64,000 bases of DNA from Candidatus Bathyarchaeota archaeon (GCA_963771885.1 CAVYVF010000002.1:1-64000), one strand, 5' to 3'; positions 39,610 through 50,716 are shown, counted from the stretch's first letter. Made by a program: numbers and translations. Notes: generated by a model from the sequence alone, not told the origin.

Positions 39610-39841
39610 GGTGGAGGATCAAGCCCTCCACTTTTGAAGTTTTACACTCCTTCTATTCACGTGACCACCGTTCAAGCACTCTAGGAATATGCAAATAGGG
39701 CGCTTATTCCGATCTGCAATCCTTTTTATGCTTAAGCGACCATATTTAATCATACACCCGGGTCTGCCGGGTTATTCGACTTGTATCTCGTAGTACGTCT
39801 TAGCGGAGCATAGACTGACTGCAGGGGAGGTGAAAGAAGGA

Positions 39842-39970
39842 TTGGATAAAACAGTAGTCGTGTGTACAAAATGCGCGAACAAGTTCGAGACAAACTCGCC
39901 GTTCCCCAAGACGACGTGCCCGGTCTGCCACTTCAAGACTGACGTAAAGAAGGCGGTAGTGACCGCCTAG
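39842..39970 (+). CDS. Zinc-finger microprotein (42 aa, not in ORF track)
   Basis: MDKTVVVCTKCANKFETNSPFPKTTCPVCHFKTDVKKAVVTA; GGAGGTGA SD. Confidence 0.8.
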   Translation: MDKTVVVCTKCANKFETNSPFPKTTCPVCHFKTDVKKAVVTA

Positions 39971-39988
39971 ACTGCGTGAGTGGCTGGC

Positions 39989-41161
39989 TTACTCGAAGCC
40001 GTGCCACATCCTCTCGAAGACGCGCACGGCCTCCTCCCTATTCATGCTCCTCGGATTTATGCTGAGGAGCCTTCCAATTCTCATAGTCTCGTCGGCCATC
40101 TTGGGTATCTCGTCGTGTTTAGCTCCTAACTCCTCAAGGCTCAGGGGGATGCCGAGGTCGTGGTTGAGGCGAGCGACGGCGTTAACCGCCTCGTACGCCG
40201 CCTCGCGCGGGTGCATGCCGCTGGTGTCCTCTCCGAGTGCCTCGGCGACGTCAGCGAGCCTCTCAGGTATGGCGAGCATGTTGTACTCCATGATGAAGGG
40301 AAGCGCCATAGCGCAGGTGAAGCCGTGTGGCAGCGACTTCATGACGGCGAAGCCATAGGCGAGGGCGTGCCCACCACAGGTGCTCGAGTTAGCTATTGAT
40401 AGTCCGCCGAGCATGCTGCCCATCGCCATGTGTGCGCGTGCCTCGATGTTGCCGCCCTGCGCGTAGGCGAGGCGTATGTTGTCGGAGATGAGCCTCATCG
40501 ACTGTAAGGCGACGGCGTCCGCGAACGTGTTATTCTTCTGGCTCATGTATGCCTCGATGGCGTGGCTCAGGGCGTCCATGCCTGTGTTGGCCGTGACGCG
40601 CTGGGGAAGACTAACTGTGAGGGCGGGGTCGACTAGGGCGGTGTCGGGCATGATGAAGGGATGGGTTATCCCCGTCTTCATCTCCTTGTGGGTGACAACC
40701 AGCGTGGCTGTGGCCTCGCTGCCCGTGCCGCTAGTAGTAGGTATGGCAAGGAGCGGGATGCCCCTCTTCCCGGGTGCGGTGCCCTCGACGTAGCCCCTGA
40801 AGTCGCCAGGGTTCACCTTCATCAGCGCGGCGACCTTTGCCATGTCGAGGCTGCTGCCTCCGCCGAGCCCGATGACGGAGTCGTAGTCCTTCTCCCTCAC
40901 GAACTTCGTCAACGCCTCGGCGACGGGCATCGTCGGCTCCGGCTCCACCTTGTCCCATACGTCGACATCGAATCCCTCAGAGCTGAGGGGGCCGAGCACC
41001 CTGTCCGCTATCTTGAGCTTGACCACGGTCTCATCCGTGACCAGAAGCACCTTCTTACCACCTAGCATCTTCGCCTCATCCGCCACCTTGTCGACGGCAC
41101 CTGCGCCGAAGAGCGTTTTGCGGGGGGCGAGAAGCGTCCTTAGAACTCCCATGTCAGCCAT
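39989..41161 (-). CDS. Iron-containing alcohol dehydrogenase
   Basis: GLGGGSSLDMAK, IPTTSGTGSEAT, DALSHAIE, GHAL, PHG. Confidence 0.95.
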   Translation of the reverse strand: MADMGVLRTLLAPRKTLFGAGAVDKVADEAKMLGGKKVLLVTDETVVKLKIADRVLGPLSSEGFDVDVWDKVEPEPTMPVAEALTKFVREKDYDSVIGLGGGSSLDMAKVAALMKVNPGDFRGYVEGTAPGKRGIPLLAIPTTSGTGSEATATLVVTHKEMKTGITHPFIMPDTALVDPALTVSLPQRVTANTGMDALSHAIEAYMSQKNNTFADAVALQSMRLISDNIRLAYAQGGNIEARAHMAMGSMLGGLSIANSSTCGGHALAYGFAVMKSLPHGFTCAMALPFIMEYNMLAIPERLADVAEALGEDTSGMHPREAAYEAVNAVARLNHDLGIPLSLEELGAKHDEIPKMADETMRIGRLLSINPRSMNREEAVRVFERMWHGFE

Positions 41162-41205
41162 GGCTCTCTCAGGTTCTAGCAGGGGCAGCGGTTATTTCTC
41201 GTTTG

Positions 41206-42152
41206 CTAGAGCCCAAGGAGGCGCGCCGCGTTACCGTAGAAAATCTTGTCGACAATGTCCTCCCCGACGCCGATGCCGCGCACCTCACGCAGCTGCTCTC
41301 GGAGGTAGTCGACGGCGAACCCGCGGGGGAAGTAGCTGGAGTCGGTACCGAAGACTATCCTGTCCGGACCGACTGTCTCAAGGCACTTGAGGAAAAGGTC
41401 GCGGAGCGTCAGCCTGTACGGCATCCACGCCATCCACTGGTTACTCCCCGAGGTGTCGATAGGACATTAGGGCAAGCCCAGCATAGCTGGAGTAGCTCGC
41501 GGAAGTAGCAGGCGCCGAAGTGAGGTATGACGAAGTTGAGAGTTGGGAAGCTGGCTGCGACCTCCCAGAGGCTCAAAGGGTCGAGGTTGTGCAGGTTCCG
41601 GGCCGGGCCGCCTCCGCCACCGAGGACGCCGAAATGGATGAGGACAGGGACTTCGAGCTTCTCAGCCATCTCCCAGACAGGATACGCTGCCTTATCGTCC
41701 ACGGGGCGCGTGAGCCCGGAGGCGATGAGCTTGAAGCCGCGCAGCCCGAGCTTCCTCACGCCGCGCTCCAGCTCCGAAGCTGCACCCTCGGAGAAGATAT
41801 CGTGATGGGCAAAGCCCGTGAACCTATCGGGATGCATCTTCACGATCTCGGAGAGGTTATCGTTTCCTCCACCCATGACGAAGTTGACCCTGCTCAGACC
41901 CTTGGCGTCCATGTCGGCGATCCAACGCTCGACCTGCTCCTCGTCGCTGTGCACCCCGTTCTCAGGAGGGTCGAATCCCCATTTTCTCCTCCACTCGTCG
42001 CGGTAGTGAGCCGAGTTCGCCATGATTATCCGGGCCTTCTCCTCACCGTATCTACTGATGAGTGACTGTGTGTAGCTCGCCCTCGAGTCCCCGCCGCGCT
42101 GAATGGGGAAGTGGGCGTGGAAGTCTAGCACCCTGAGGCCGTGGAGGTCCAA
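41206..42152 (-). CDS. Amidohydrolase family 2 protein (frameshift near 41460)
   Basis: DFHAH, PVLIHFG, PHFG, RIVFGTDS. Confidence 0.9.
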
Positions 42153-42250
42153 CTTGATCGTTGGAATAAGACGTAGAGAGTCGATATAGGGCTGACGCCT
42201 CAAAAGTGGTAATAACCCGCGGATACCCCTCAATCCACGGGTGTGATGTT

Positions 42251-42733
42251 TTGAGCGAGAGGATCGAGGCACTAAAGTCATTCGCCAACGCGGCGTTCGG
42301 CAGGTTCGATGTCTCAATGAAGGACATCAAGGAGGCCGAGTTGGAGTGGAGGCCTGACGTGGAAGCCAACAACATAAGGTGGATACTCACGCACCTGTCA
42401 AACCAGTGGAACGTCGGCTTCCAGAGGACCTTCAGGGGTGACAACAACTACAAGCCGGCTGGGTGGCCCGACGACTACGTCGGCAGCAAAACGATAACCT
42501 ACTCGAAGCTGATGGACGACCTCACCCGGGGCAGGGCGAGTGTGCTGGAGGGGCTCAATAAGCTAAAGCCAGCCGACCTCGCCATCGAGGTGCAGTCGCC
42601 AAGCGGCCCAGTGAAGCGCTACGACAGGCTCATCAGGCAGATGTCGGAGATCATACACCACGAGGGGCAGATCGCCTACATCCGCGGAGTCATCGCGAGG
42701 AAGGCGAAGAAGGACTCCCGTTTCCTATCCTAG
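42251..42733 (+). CDS. DinB family protein
   Basis: ANNIRWILTHL ... HHEGQIAYIR. Confidence 0.85.
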   Translation: MSERIEALKSFANAAFGRFDVSMKDIKEAELEWRPDVEANNIRWILTHLSNQWNVGFQRTFRGDNNYKPAGWPDDYVGSKTITYSKLMDDLTRGRASVLEGLNKLKPADLAIEVQSPSGPVKRYDRLIRQMSEIIHHEGQIAYIRGVIARKAKKDSRFLS

Positions 42734-43233
42734 AACTTTACTTCTGACGACTTTTTCCCCGTCATCTCCCCAACGGCTATCCAGCCGATCGTCGTCCGGC
42801 CTATCTCAGTATCCTTACCTATGCGTGTGAAATGTGGATCAATCTCACCCGTAGGGGAGGGCTTCTCCTGGTTGGCGAAGAGGTACTCCATTATACGCCT
42901 CTTCTCCTCGATTCCCTCTGCTAGGTGGACGGTACCCTCGAACATAGCCGTGACATAGAGGTGGTTGCACTTACCCTCGACATAGCCATGGTCGATTATA
43001 GCCTGCCCCCAGACGCGTGGGTTTGCCTTCCAGTAATCCATCTTTTTCCCCTCGCTGGCACAGTGGAAATAGATGCGCTTCCCGTTGGGATCATATGCAT
43101 GGCTAAGACTTACGAGGTAGGGGACATCGTCCTTGCACATGGCGACAGTGATGTAGTGGGTCTCCTTGAGGACCCTCTCCAGCTTAGCCGGGTCGGTTAT
43201 CGCCCTGTCCATACGTCTCATGTGGTACTTCAT
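42730..43233 (-). CDS. Pyridoxamine 5'-phosphate oxidase-family (NimA-like) flavoprotein
   Basis: MRRMDR, PYLVSL, IYFHCASEGKK, MTGK. Confidence 0.9.
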   Translation of the reverse strand: MKYHMRRMDRAITDPAKLERVLKETHYITVAMCKDDVPYLVSLSHAYDPNGKRIYFHCASEGKKMDYWKANPRVWGQAIIDHGYVEGKCNHLYVTAMFEGTVHLAEGIEEKRRIMEYLFANQEKPSPTGEIDPHFTRIGKDTEIGRTTIGWIAVGEMTGKKSSEVKF

Positions 43234-43378
43234 GGTGTATCGGTTTCCATTATCAGCTATCGGCGTTAAAAGGGGGCGGGTGTGCGTGGAGACTCTCGGA
43301 AGGGTAGCGCGTTACACCTATAGCCGGCTCATCCTTAATTACAGGGCGGCGGGAATCAGGCACATCTGAGGTTATCCA

Positions 43379-43723
43379 GTGTCGGGAGTCGATGGAAAGT
43401 TCAAGGCGGGGATCGTACACCTGATCCTCACGCACGACGCCGAGAAGGCGCTCGCCTCCCTCGCCGAGAAGTACAACGTCGATGTCCCTAGGCTCAGAGT
43501 GGGCATCCCCAAGGGCCATGTCACCGTCTCGGGGTGCTACATATTAGAAAAAGAGACGATTTACGTGGCGACCAGTGACGGGTTGACTGACCCGTTCCTG
43601 ATACTGCACGAGTTCTACCACCACCTCAGGTCGGTCAGCGGAAGGCACCTTGGGACAGAGAGGTACGCGAACAAGTTCGCCCGCGAGTACATCAACGAGT
43701 ACCGCAGCGGATCTAATCCTTAA
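43379..43723 (+). CDS. Small putative metallopeptidase-like protein
   Basis: ILHEFYHH, E..ANKFA. Confidence 0.7.
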   Translation: MSGVDGKFKAGIVHLILTHDAEKALASLAEKYNVDVPRLRVGIPKGHVTVSGCYILEKETIYVATSDGLTDPFLILHEFYHHLRSVSGRHLGTERYANKFAREYINEYRSGSNP

Positions 43724-45261
43724 GGCTCATAAAGGGCAGTTCGACTATGAAGGTTGTGCCCTCCCCCTGCTTCGACTCGAAGCTGATGCTCCCCCCGAGA
43801 GCCTCAACAGCCCTCTTCGAATAAGTGAGGCCTAGACCCATTCCCCCCGGCTTGGTCGAATATAGGGGCGTGAATATCTTCTCCTTCGCATCGTCAGAGA
43901 TACCGATCCCCGTATCCGAGACAATTACGGCGAGTCTTCCATTCTCCATGTCAGCACTAACCATAAGCTCGCCACCAGACGGCATTGCCTCGACGCCGTT
44001 CTCAATGAGGTTGTTCAAGACCTTCCTGAGCATCTCGGGGTCAGTCCTGATAGGCTTCATTTTGTCGCCGAACTTTGTAGTCAGCTTCACGCCCTCGGGC
44101 AGCTTAAGTGTCTCAGCAATCTTACCGATGAGCGTAACGGGGTCTATTTCGACGGGCTGTGGAATGACATCCCTCGTGTTCGATCGCCAGTCAGCTATCA
44201 TGGTGAGCGACTTAACGGCATTCAACTCGATGATCCTCATCATGTTGCCCTGCACGCTTGGGTCGCGCTTCGACACGTTGACGGCTTGGACTATGGCGCC
44301 CAGCGGCCCCCTCAGGTCGTGAGCAACCACCTGGCTCATCCTCGTCAGGGCAACGAACTTCTCCTCCTTCGAGATTCCTCCGTTTATCTGTCTCATTTTG
44401 GGTCACGTCTCTCCGAATTAAGCCGAGGTTCTTTCCCATCCTGAAGGCCCAGGTCGAGGCCCAGCCACCCATACCCCACTCGAAGATCACGCGGTGACAA
44501 TCCTCATAGAACTGCTCACCCGTGTCTAGGACCCTAAGGAAGCCCTTGTACCTCTCCGTCGACTCGATACCAGGTGCGAGATCAGACATCTTCCTCCCGA
44601 TGAGAGCCCTCTTCTGCGTCCCCAGCGGGTAGGCTGCAAGAGCCGCGTTGTTCAGGTCCAAAAGCCTGAGGCCCGCATCATAGATGAATATCGCGTCGGG
44701 AGCCGAGTCCATGAAGGACTCCAGACGCTCTTTCGTTTCCTTGATCTCGATAGTCCTCTCGGCTACTCTCTCCTCTAACATATTCACATAGGCCTGAAGT
44801 TGCTCCTTAGAGTGCTTGAGGTCATCGTTAGTCCTCTCGAGAGCCTCACGCATCCTATTCCTCTCTATGGCATCTTTGATCCTGTTATCGAGTATGATGT
44901 AATGGGCGAGCTCGGACTCCTTCTTTATGTAGGCGTCGACACCGGCAGTGAACGCCTCAGCGGCGACTTCCTCGCTGCCGCGCGCTGTGTAGAGGATGAA
45001 CGGCACGCTACTCGTTTTCCTTATCTCCCTGCAGAGCTGTATCCCGCTCATCATTGGGAAGGAGTAATCTGAGACTATGCAATCGTAGCCCCCCTTCTTC
45101 AGGAGCTTCAGCGCCTCCGTAGGTTTTGCCACAAATGAAATGTCCAAGTTGGCGTTGAGCCGCCCAAGGTTCAGGGCGACTAGCTCTACCTGTGTCTCCT
45201 CATCGTCCACAAACAGAACCCGTATTCTGTTTGGAGGCGAATTACTGGTTAAGCTAACCAA
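43713..45261 (-). CDS. Receiver-PAS-histidine kinase (frameshift near 44395)
   Basis: VLFVDDE, CIVSDY; VAHDLRGPL, NLIENG, DTGIG, GMGLGL. Confidence 0.9.
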
Positions 45262-45320
45262 CCCGGTTCGAATCCTCACTCTAGTTTCACGGTTATTTAT
45301 CCTTTTTAGGAGATGATACA

Positions 45321-45470
45321 CGCGCGGCAGGGTCCCATTTTCACTACCTTCGACGACATCGAGTATGTGAGCAGCATCGTGAAGATGGGCACACCATGTC
45401 ACATCATTGGAATCAGGAAGGAGATACGCGCCAGAATAGGCAAGTGGCTCGGCGACACTGCGCTCGCGAA
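45321..45470 (+). pseudogene. 5'-truncated DUF1905-like fragment
   Basis: TFDDIEYVSSIVKMGTPCHIIGIRKEIRARIGK..GDT; begins at cgcgcg 45321-45326. Confidence 0.65.
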
Positions 45471-45553
45471 GGGCGGAGAGTGGCCGCATAATTTTAAGAG
45501 ACCGGAATAGCCCTCATTATCAATCCTGCGCCGGGTTTAGAGGTGTTGCAGAA

Positions 45554-46375
45554 ATGAAACTAGGGCTCTTCACTATGCCGTATATGCGCCTGTCACTGGA
45601 GAGGGCGTTTAGCGATGCAAAGCGCTTCGGGTACGAAGGCGTCGAGGTGTGGGGTGGACGCCCACACGCCTACGCGCCGGACCTTGTGGGCGGCCGCGCA
45701 AGTGAGATAGGCGAGCTGGCGAGTAGGTACGGCCTACCCGTCATTGGGTACACGCCGGAGATGAACGCTTACCCCTACAACATGATGGCGGGTACAGAGG
45801 CTATGCGCCGTGATTGCGTCAACTACGTTAAGCTCTCACTGGATGCGGCAGTAAGGATGGGTGCAGGTTTCGTGCTTATCTCCGCAGGGCACGCAGGCTA
45901 CGAGGAGCCGCGAACCCAATACTGGCCACGCCTCATCAAAAACCTCGGGGAGATATCATCGTATGCCGAGGACGTCGGTATGGACGTGCTCCTTGAGCCA
46001 CTCACCCACTACGAGAGCAACGTGGTTGTGACCCTTAACGACCTCGTAGCAGCCCTCGACGAGGTTGGATCTCCACGCCTCCTAGGGATGTGCGACGTGG
46101 TGCCCCCCTTCTGCAACCGGGAACATATAATGGGCTACTTCGAGAAGCTGGGGGCGAGGATGCGCCACGTTCACCTCGTCGACAGCGACGGGCAGTCGGA
46201 CACTCACATAATGCCCGGCGACGGAAGGATACCGCTGCGCCAACTCCTCCGAGAGATGGAGGCGTCGGGCTACTCCGGCTACTGCACGATAGAGCTTATA
46301 TCCGCGATCATGAACGAGCCTTCCCTAGGCTCGGCGCTCGCCATAGAGCGCGTGAGAGAGCTGCTCAAGGGGTAA
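45554..46375 (+). CDS. frlC: Fructoselysine 3-epimerase-like protein
   Basis: EVWGGRPHAYAPD, GYTPEMNAYPYNMM, EPLTHYESN, DSDGQSDTH, NEPSL. Confidence 0.85.
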   Translation: MKLGLFTMPYMRLSLERAFSDAKRFGYEGVEVWGGRPHAYAPDLVGGRASEIGELASRYGLPVIGYTPEMNAYPYNMMAGTEAMRRDCVNYVKLSLDAAVRMGAGFVLISAGHAGYEEPRTQYWPRLIKNLGEISSYAEDVGMDVLLEPLTHYESNVVVTLNDLVAALDEVGSPRLLGMCDVVPPFCNREHIMGYFEKLGARMRHVHLVDSDGQSDTHIMPGDGRIPLRQLLREMEASGYSGYCTIELISAIMNEPSLGSALAIERVRELLKG

Positions 46376-46380
46376 CCTGA

Positions 46381-47457
46381 TTGGAGATGCTGAAGAAGTT
46401 CGACCCGATTAATGCATTGCTGGTCTTCATCCCGCTCACCGTGGCATTTGAGATGCTGGGCTTCGACCCGCTCTGGGTCTTCCTCGGGAGCGCAGCCGCC
46501 ATCATCCCACTCGCGAAGTGGATGGGAGTCGCGACCGAGGAGCTGAGCTACAAAATGGGTGAGGGCCTCGGCGGCCTCCTGAACGCGACGTTTGGCAACG
46601 CAACGGAGCTGATTATCGCCATCTTCGCGTTGCAGAGGGGGCTCATCGAGGTTGTGGAGGCGTCGATCACGGGCTCGATCGTGAGCAACTTCCTCTTCGT
46701 ACTGGGGCTCAGCATGCTGGTCGGTGGTTGGGGAAAGGTAAAACAGGAGTTTAACCGGACGGCGGCGTCGGTGAACTCGTCGCTCCTAACCATCGCCATC
46801 ATGGGGCTCGTCCTCCCCGCCATGTTCGCTCTAGTCTCAAAGAACACGGGTTTCATCGTGCTGGAGGAGGTGAGCCTCGCGGTGGCGGCGCTTTTAATGC
46901 TCTGTTATATCCTCTCCCTCTGGTTCAGTCTGAAGACTCACAAGCACCTCTACATCGGCGGGAAGCATGCGGGCGAGCCCGAGGAGAATGGTAAGGGGTG
47001 GGACACTAAAAAATCCATCATAGTGCTGCTTATCGCCACGATAGGGGTTGCCCTCATGTCCGAGATGCTCGTCGGCGTCATAGAACACGTCGCCGAGGCT
47101 GCCCACATGAGCCAGTTCTTCATAGGCGTCATACTCATCCCGCTCATCGGTAACGCGGCGGAGCACCTGACGGCGGTGACAGTGGCGGCGAAGGACAAGA
47201 TGGACCTCGCGCTAAACATCGCGCTCGGGTCAAGCGCACAGATTGCGCTCTTCGTAGCGCCACTCCTAGTCTTCCTCAGCCTGCTGCTTGGGAACCCGAT
47301 GCAACTGGTCTTCAACGAGCTAGAAGTCGTCTCTATCGCCGTCGCTGTGTTCATACTCAACAGCATCGTCCACGACGGAGAATCCCACTGGATGGAAGGC
47401 GTCCTCCTAGTGGTGAGTTACCTCATCATAGCCATCGTCTTCTTCTTCATGATGTAG
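46381..47457 (+). CDS. cax: Calcium/proton exchanger
   Basis: LLNATFGNATEL, GNAAEH, GSSAQIAL, DGESHWMEG. Confidence 0.95.
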   Translation: MEMLKKFDPINALLVFIPLTVAFEMLGFDPLWVFLGSAAAIIPLAKWMGVATEELSYKMGEGLGGLLNATFGNATELIIAIFALQRGLIEVVEASITGSIVSNFLFVLGLSMLVGGWGKVKQEFNRTAASVNSSLLTIAIMGLVLPAMFALVSKNTGFIVLEEVSLAVAALLMLCYILSLWFSLKTHKHLYIGGKHAGEPEENGKGWDTKKSIIVLLIATIGVALMSEMLVGVIEHVAEAAHMSQFFIGVILIPLIGNAAEHLTAVTVAAKDKMDLALNIALGSSAQIALFVAPLLVFLSLLLGNPMQLVFNELEVVSIAVAVFILNSIVHDGESHWMEGVLLVVSYLIIAIVFFFMM

Positions 47458-47567
47458 GTTTCTCCGCCAATATCTGCGCGATTAGTTTTCTACCAAAGTC
47501 GTGCTCAAGTCCAAAATCCAAGTGTTGATTATCATAGTTTTGTTACGCGCGGGCAGTTGGTATTCGC

Positions 47568-48152
47568 TCACTTTGCCTGTTTATCGATGAGCTTCGCCCA
47601 GTCGTACTTGAGGAGGGCGACGATTATGACTGCGAGGATAATAATGGTCGTGACTAGTCCCAAGTCACCACCACCGGCGAAGAGGTCTCTGAAGTAGGTG
47701 AGGCTGTAGGCGCCGGCATAGGCGAGGAAGAGGCACATTCCCGTCTTACCTATCAGCATCGCGGCCAACAGCTTCTTGGCCGGGTACTTCATCATGCCGA
47801 GGGGGATGAGCAGAAGGTCGTCGGGAATAGGCAGCAGCGACACCAGGATTATCACCATCACACCGTATCTCTCGATGAGCTTTCTAACAGCGTCGAGCCT
47901 ATCCCCATACCTGTCCTCAATTACCCTCCTTCCTCCCCTGCCAATGAAGTAGGCGGACATCTCACCTATAGTCGAGCCGACCCCGGCCACGACACCTAGT
48001 ATGAAGGGGTTTAGGGTTGAGCCGAAGGCGTAGACGACGAGGGCGAAGGGGATGGGGAGAATTATAGAGATGTTACCCACGATGCATATTATGAATGCGC
48101 CGAAATAGCCGTAAGCGGTCACAAACTCAGTCATCCAGACCCAGATGTCCAT
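47568..48152 (-). CDS. VTT/DedA family membrane protein
   Basis: GSTIGEMSAYFIGR, LPIPDD. Confidence 0.88.
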   Translation of the reverse strand: MDIWVWMTEFVTAYGYFGAFIICIVGNISIILPIPFALVVYAFGSTLNPFILGVVAGVGSTIGEMSAYFIGRGGRRVIEDRYGDRLDAVRKLIERYGVMVIILVSLLPIPDDLLLIPLGMMKYPAKKLLAAMLIGKTGMCLFLAYAGAYSLTYFRDLFAGGGDLGLVTTIIILAVIIVALLKYDWAKLIDKQAK

Positions 48153-48259
48153 TGCTACGCAGATTATGGACGAGGGTGTATTAGAATGAGTCTAAACTGA
48201 GACCACTTGAGGCGACGTCTGCGCGGTTTTATACACGTCACGGCAGAAGATTATCCGCC

Positions 48260-49699
48260 ATGATCAAAGATACCGCATTGGGTTGGATCGAGGAGCACAG
48301 GAAAGAACTGATTGATGTAAGCGACTCGATCTGGGGCTTCGCGGAGTACGGCCTCTGCGAGGAGAGGTCAAGCAAGCTGTTGGCGGAGACCCTTGAGAAG
48401 TACGGCTGGAGGGTAACGCGAGGCGTGGCGACCATGCCTACAGCCATCATAGCCGAGAAGGGGGAGGGCAAACCTATTGTCGCCACTATGGGGGAGTTCG
48501 ACGCCCTCCCGAACCTGAGCAATAAGCCGATACCGAGGAAGGAGCCACTCATGCCCGGCGGCATGGGACACGGCTGCGGGCACAACGTCCACGGCGTGAC
48601 GGCGCTCGGCGCCGCCATCGCTGCAGGTGAGGCGTTAGAGAAGCACGGGTTAAAGGGTACAATCCGCTTCTACGGGACTCCGGCAGAGGAGAACTTCAGC
48701 GGCAAGATGATAATGGTCAACCACGGCCTCTTCGACGACGTCGACGCGGCGCTAAGCCACCATCCGGGTAACCTAAACGTAGCGACGCTGGCGAGCAGCA
48801 ACGTGATCAGCGGGTGCCGCTTCGCCTTCCACGGCAGGTCAAGCCACGCGGCGGGCAACCCAGAGGCTGGACGCAGCGCCCTAGACGCGGTCGAGCTGAT
48901 GAACGTGGGCGTCAACTTCCTCAGAGAGCATGTAATCCCCGAAGCGAGGATACACTACGTGATAGAGGCCGGGGGCGGCCAGCCTAACGTCGTCCCTGAC
49001 TACGCCCGGAGCCACTACTATATCAGGGCCCCCGAGCAGGACCTACTCGAACCGATAAAGAAGAGGGTGCTGAAGATAGCGGAGGGGGCAGCGCTGATGA
49101 CAGAGACACGGCTCGAGGCTGAGATGGGATGGGGCGGCTACCACAAGATACCGAACAAAGTCCTCAGCGAGGTCGTCACTACGAACATGAGGCTGGTTGG
49201 CCCCCCGAAGTACACGAAGGAGGAGTACGAGTTCGCCACCGAGATAGCTAAGAGCTTCCCCCGCGAGGACAGGGAAACCAGCCTCAGGAAAGGTAAAGTT
49301 CCTGACTGGGAGAGGTACGTTGATCAGGACATCGTCTCCGATATATTTGACGCGTGGGACGACGGGACGACGAGCCCGGGGAGCACCGACGTAGCGGACG
49401 TGAGCTGGATCACACCGACAATGGAGTTCAGGACAGCCACAAACGTCAACGGCGCGCCGGGGCACAGCTGGCAGATGACAGCGTGTGCCGGGACGGGGAT
49501 AGGCCACGTGAGCTTGATATTCGCAGCCAAGACGATGGCAGGCTCCGTCCTCGACCTTCTCACCTCCCCCGAGCTGCTAACGAAGGCTAATGAGGAGCAG
49601 GCAAAGAGGCTCCGCGGCAGAGCCTACAAGAAGGACCCCTCAATAGTAGCACCCCTCGAAAAGGCGAAGGAGCTGGCAAGAACCTACACCGGGAAGTAG
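48260..49699 (+). CDS. M20 amidohydrolase, AbgB-like
   Basis: GEFDALP, GHGCGHN, PAEE, GRSALDAVELMN, GSTDV, HSWQ. Confidence 0.93.
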   Translation: MIKDTALGWIEEHRKELIDVSDSIWGFAEYGLCEERSSKLLAETLEKYGWRVTRGVATMPTAIIAEKGEGKPIVATMGEFDALPNLSNKPIPRKEPLMPGGMGHGCGHNVHGVTALGAAIAAGEALEKHGLKGTIRFYGTPAEENFSGKMIMVNHGLFDDVDAALSHHPGNLNVATLASSNVISGCRFAFHGRSSHAAGNPEAGRSALDAVELMNVGVNFLREHVIPEARIHYVIEAGGGQPNVVPDYARSHYYIRAPEQDLLEPIKKRVLKIAEGAALMTETRLEAEMGWGGYHKIPNKVLSEVVTTNMRLVGPPKYTKEEYEFATEIAKSFPREDRETSLRKGKVPDWERYVDQDIVSDIFDAWDDGTTSPGSTDVADVSWITPTMEFRTATNVNGAPGHSWQMTACAGTGIGHVSLIFAAKTMAGSVLDLLTSPELLTKANEEQAKRLRGRAYKKDPSIVAPLEKAKELARTYTGK

Positions 49700-49759
49700 C
49701 GCGCGCATCTTCTGATTTATGAGGCACAGTAACAATCGATTAGGCGAAGGGCACCCGAC

Positions 49760-50716
49760 TTGGTTCTTTCCGTTTTACACTACGTGCCATCTGCCGTGGC
49801 GGGTGTCCTCACAATCTACATCGCGTTTGGGGGCGGTAAGCCCCATAAGCTCATCTCCTACGCCGCCACTGCCCTTGCTGCTCTGGGACTCTACGGGTTC
49901 CTGACCACCGAGACCGAGACAATGTTCCAGCTAGGCCTCCACTCGATCCACGGCTGGATTGGGGTGGTAGCCCTCATCCTACTCCTCTTAAATCTTGCCC
50001 TCAGGGGTAAGACGAGGCGCCACTGCGGCGTGGGGAGGGCCGCGGGAGTACTCTCCGCCATCTCACTAGGCATGGGTATCATCATTCTCCTCGGCCTGGC
50101 ACCCGGTCCCGTACCAGCTGGCATAGGACAGGTCCCAGTGTCGAGCGTCCTCCCAGAGGTCGAAGCGCCTACCTTCATGGGGGCGACACTCACACCCATC
50201 GTAAACCAGTTGAACAACGCCATCGAGGGGACGCAGCACATTAACAGAAACACGTACCGGCTCAGGGTCACCGGCCTAGTCGACAGAGAACTTTCTCTCA
50301 ACTACGCTGACCTCCTAGACTTGCCGGCGTACGCTGAGGTCGTCTACCTTCCCTGCGTCGAAGGGTGGGGCTTCAACGCGAAGTGGACGGGGTTCAGGGT
50401 CACAGACCTCCTTGACGCAGCAGGTGTCCAGCCGAGCGGGAACTACGCCGTCTTTTGGTCCAGCGATGGCTACTCTACAGCGCTTCCACTGTCCTACCTT
50501 GAGGGTAACCAGACGCTACTTGCCTACGGGCTGAACGATGTAACGCTTCCCTCGGACCGCGGCTTCCCGCTCCAACTCGTGGCTGGTGGAAAGTACGGTT
50601 ACAAGTGGGCGAAGTGGGTGGTAGAGATCGAAGTGGTTTCAGCGCCGGTGCGGGGTTACTGGGAATCTCGAGGATACAGCGACTCGGCGGACGTCGGCAC
50701 ATACCCTTATGAGTAG
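49760..50716 (+). CDS. Sulfite oxidase-family molybdopterin protein with N-terminal TM domain
   Basis: LPCVEGW, WTG, GFPLQLV, YGYKWAKW, GYWESRGY. Confidence 0.9.
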   Translation: MVLSVLHYVPSAVAGVLTIYIAFGGGKPHKLISYAATALAALGLYGFLTTETETMFQLGLHSIHGWIGVVALILLLLNLALRGKTRRHCGVGRAAGVLSAISLGMGIIILLGLAPGPVPAGIGQVPVSSVLPEVEAPTFMGATLTPIVNQLNNAIEGTQHINRNTYRLRVTGLVDRELSLNYADLLDLPAYAEVVYLPCVEGWGFNAKWTGFRVTDLLDAAGVQPSGNYAVFWSSDGYSTALPLSYLEGNQTLLAYGLNDVTLPSDRGFPLQLVAGGKYGYKWAKWVVEIEVVSAPVRGYWESRGYSDSADVGTYPYE

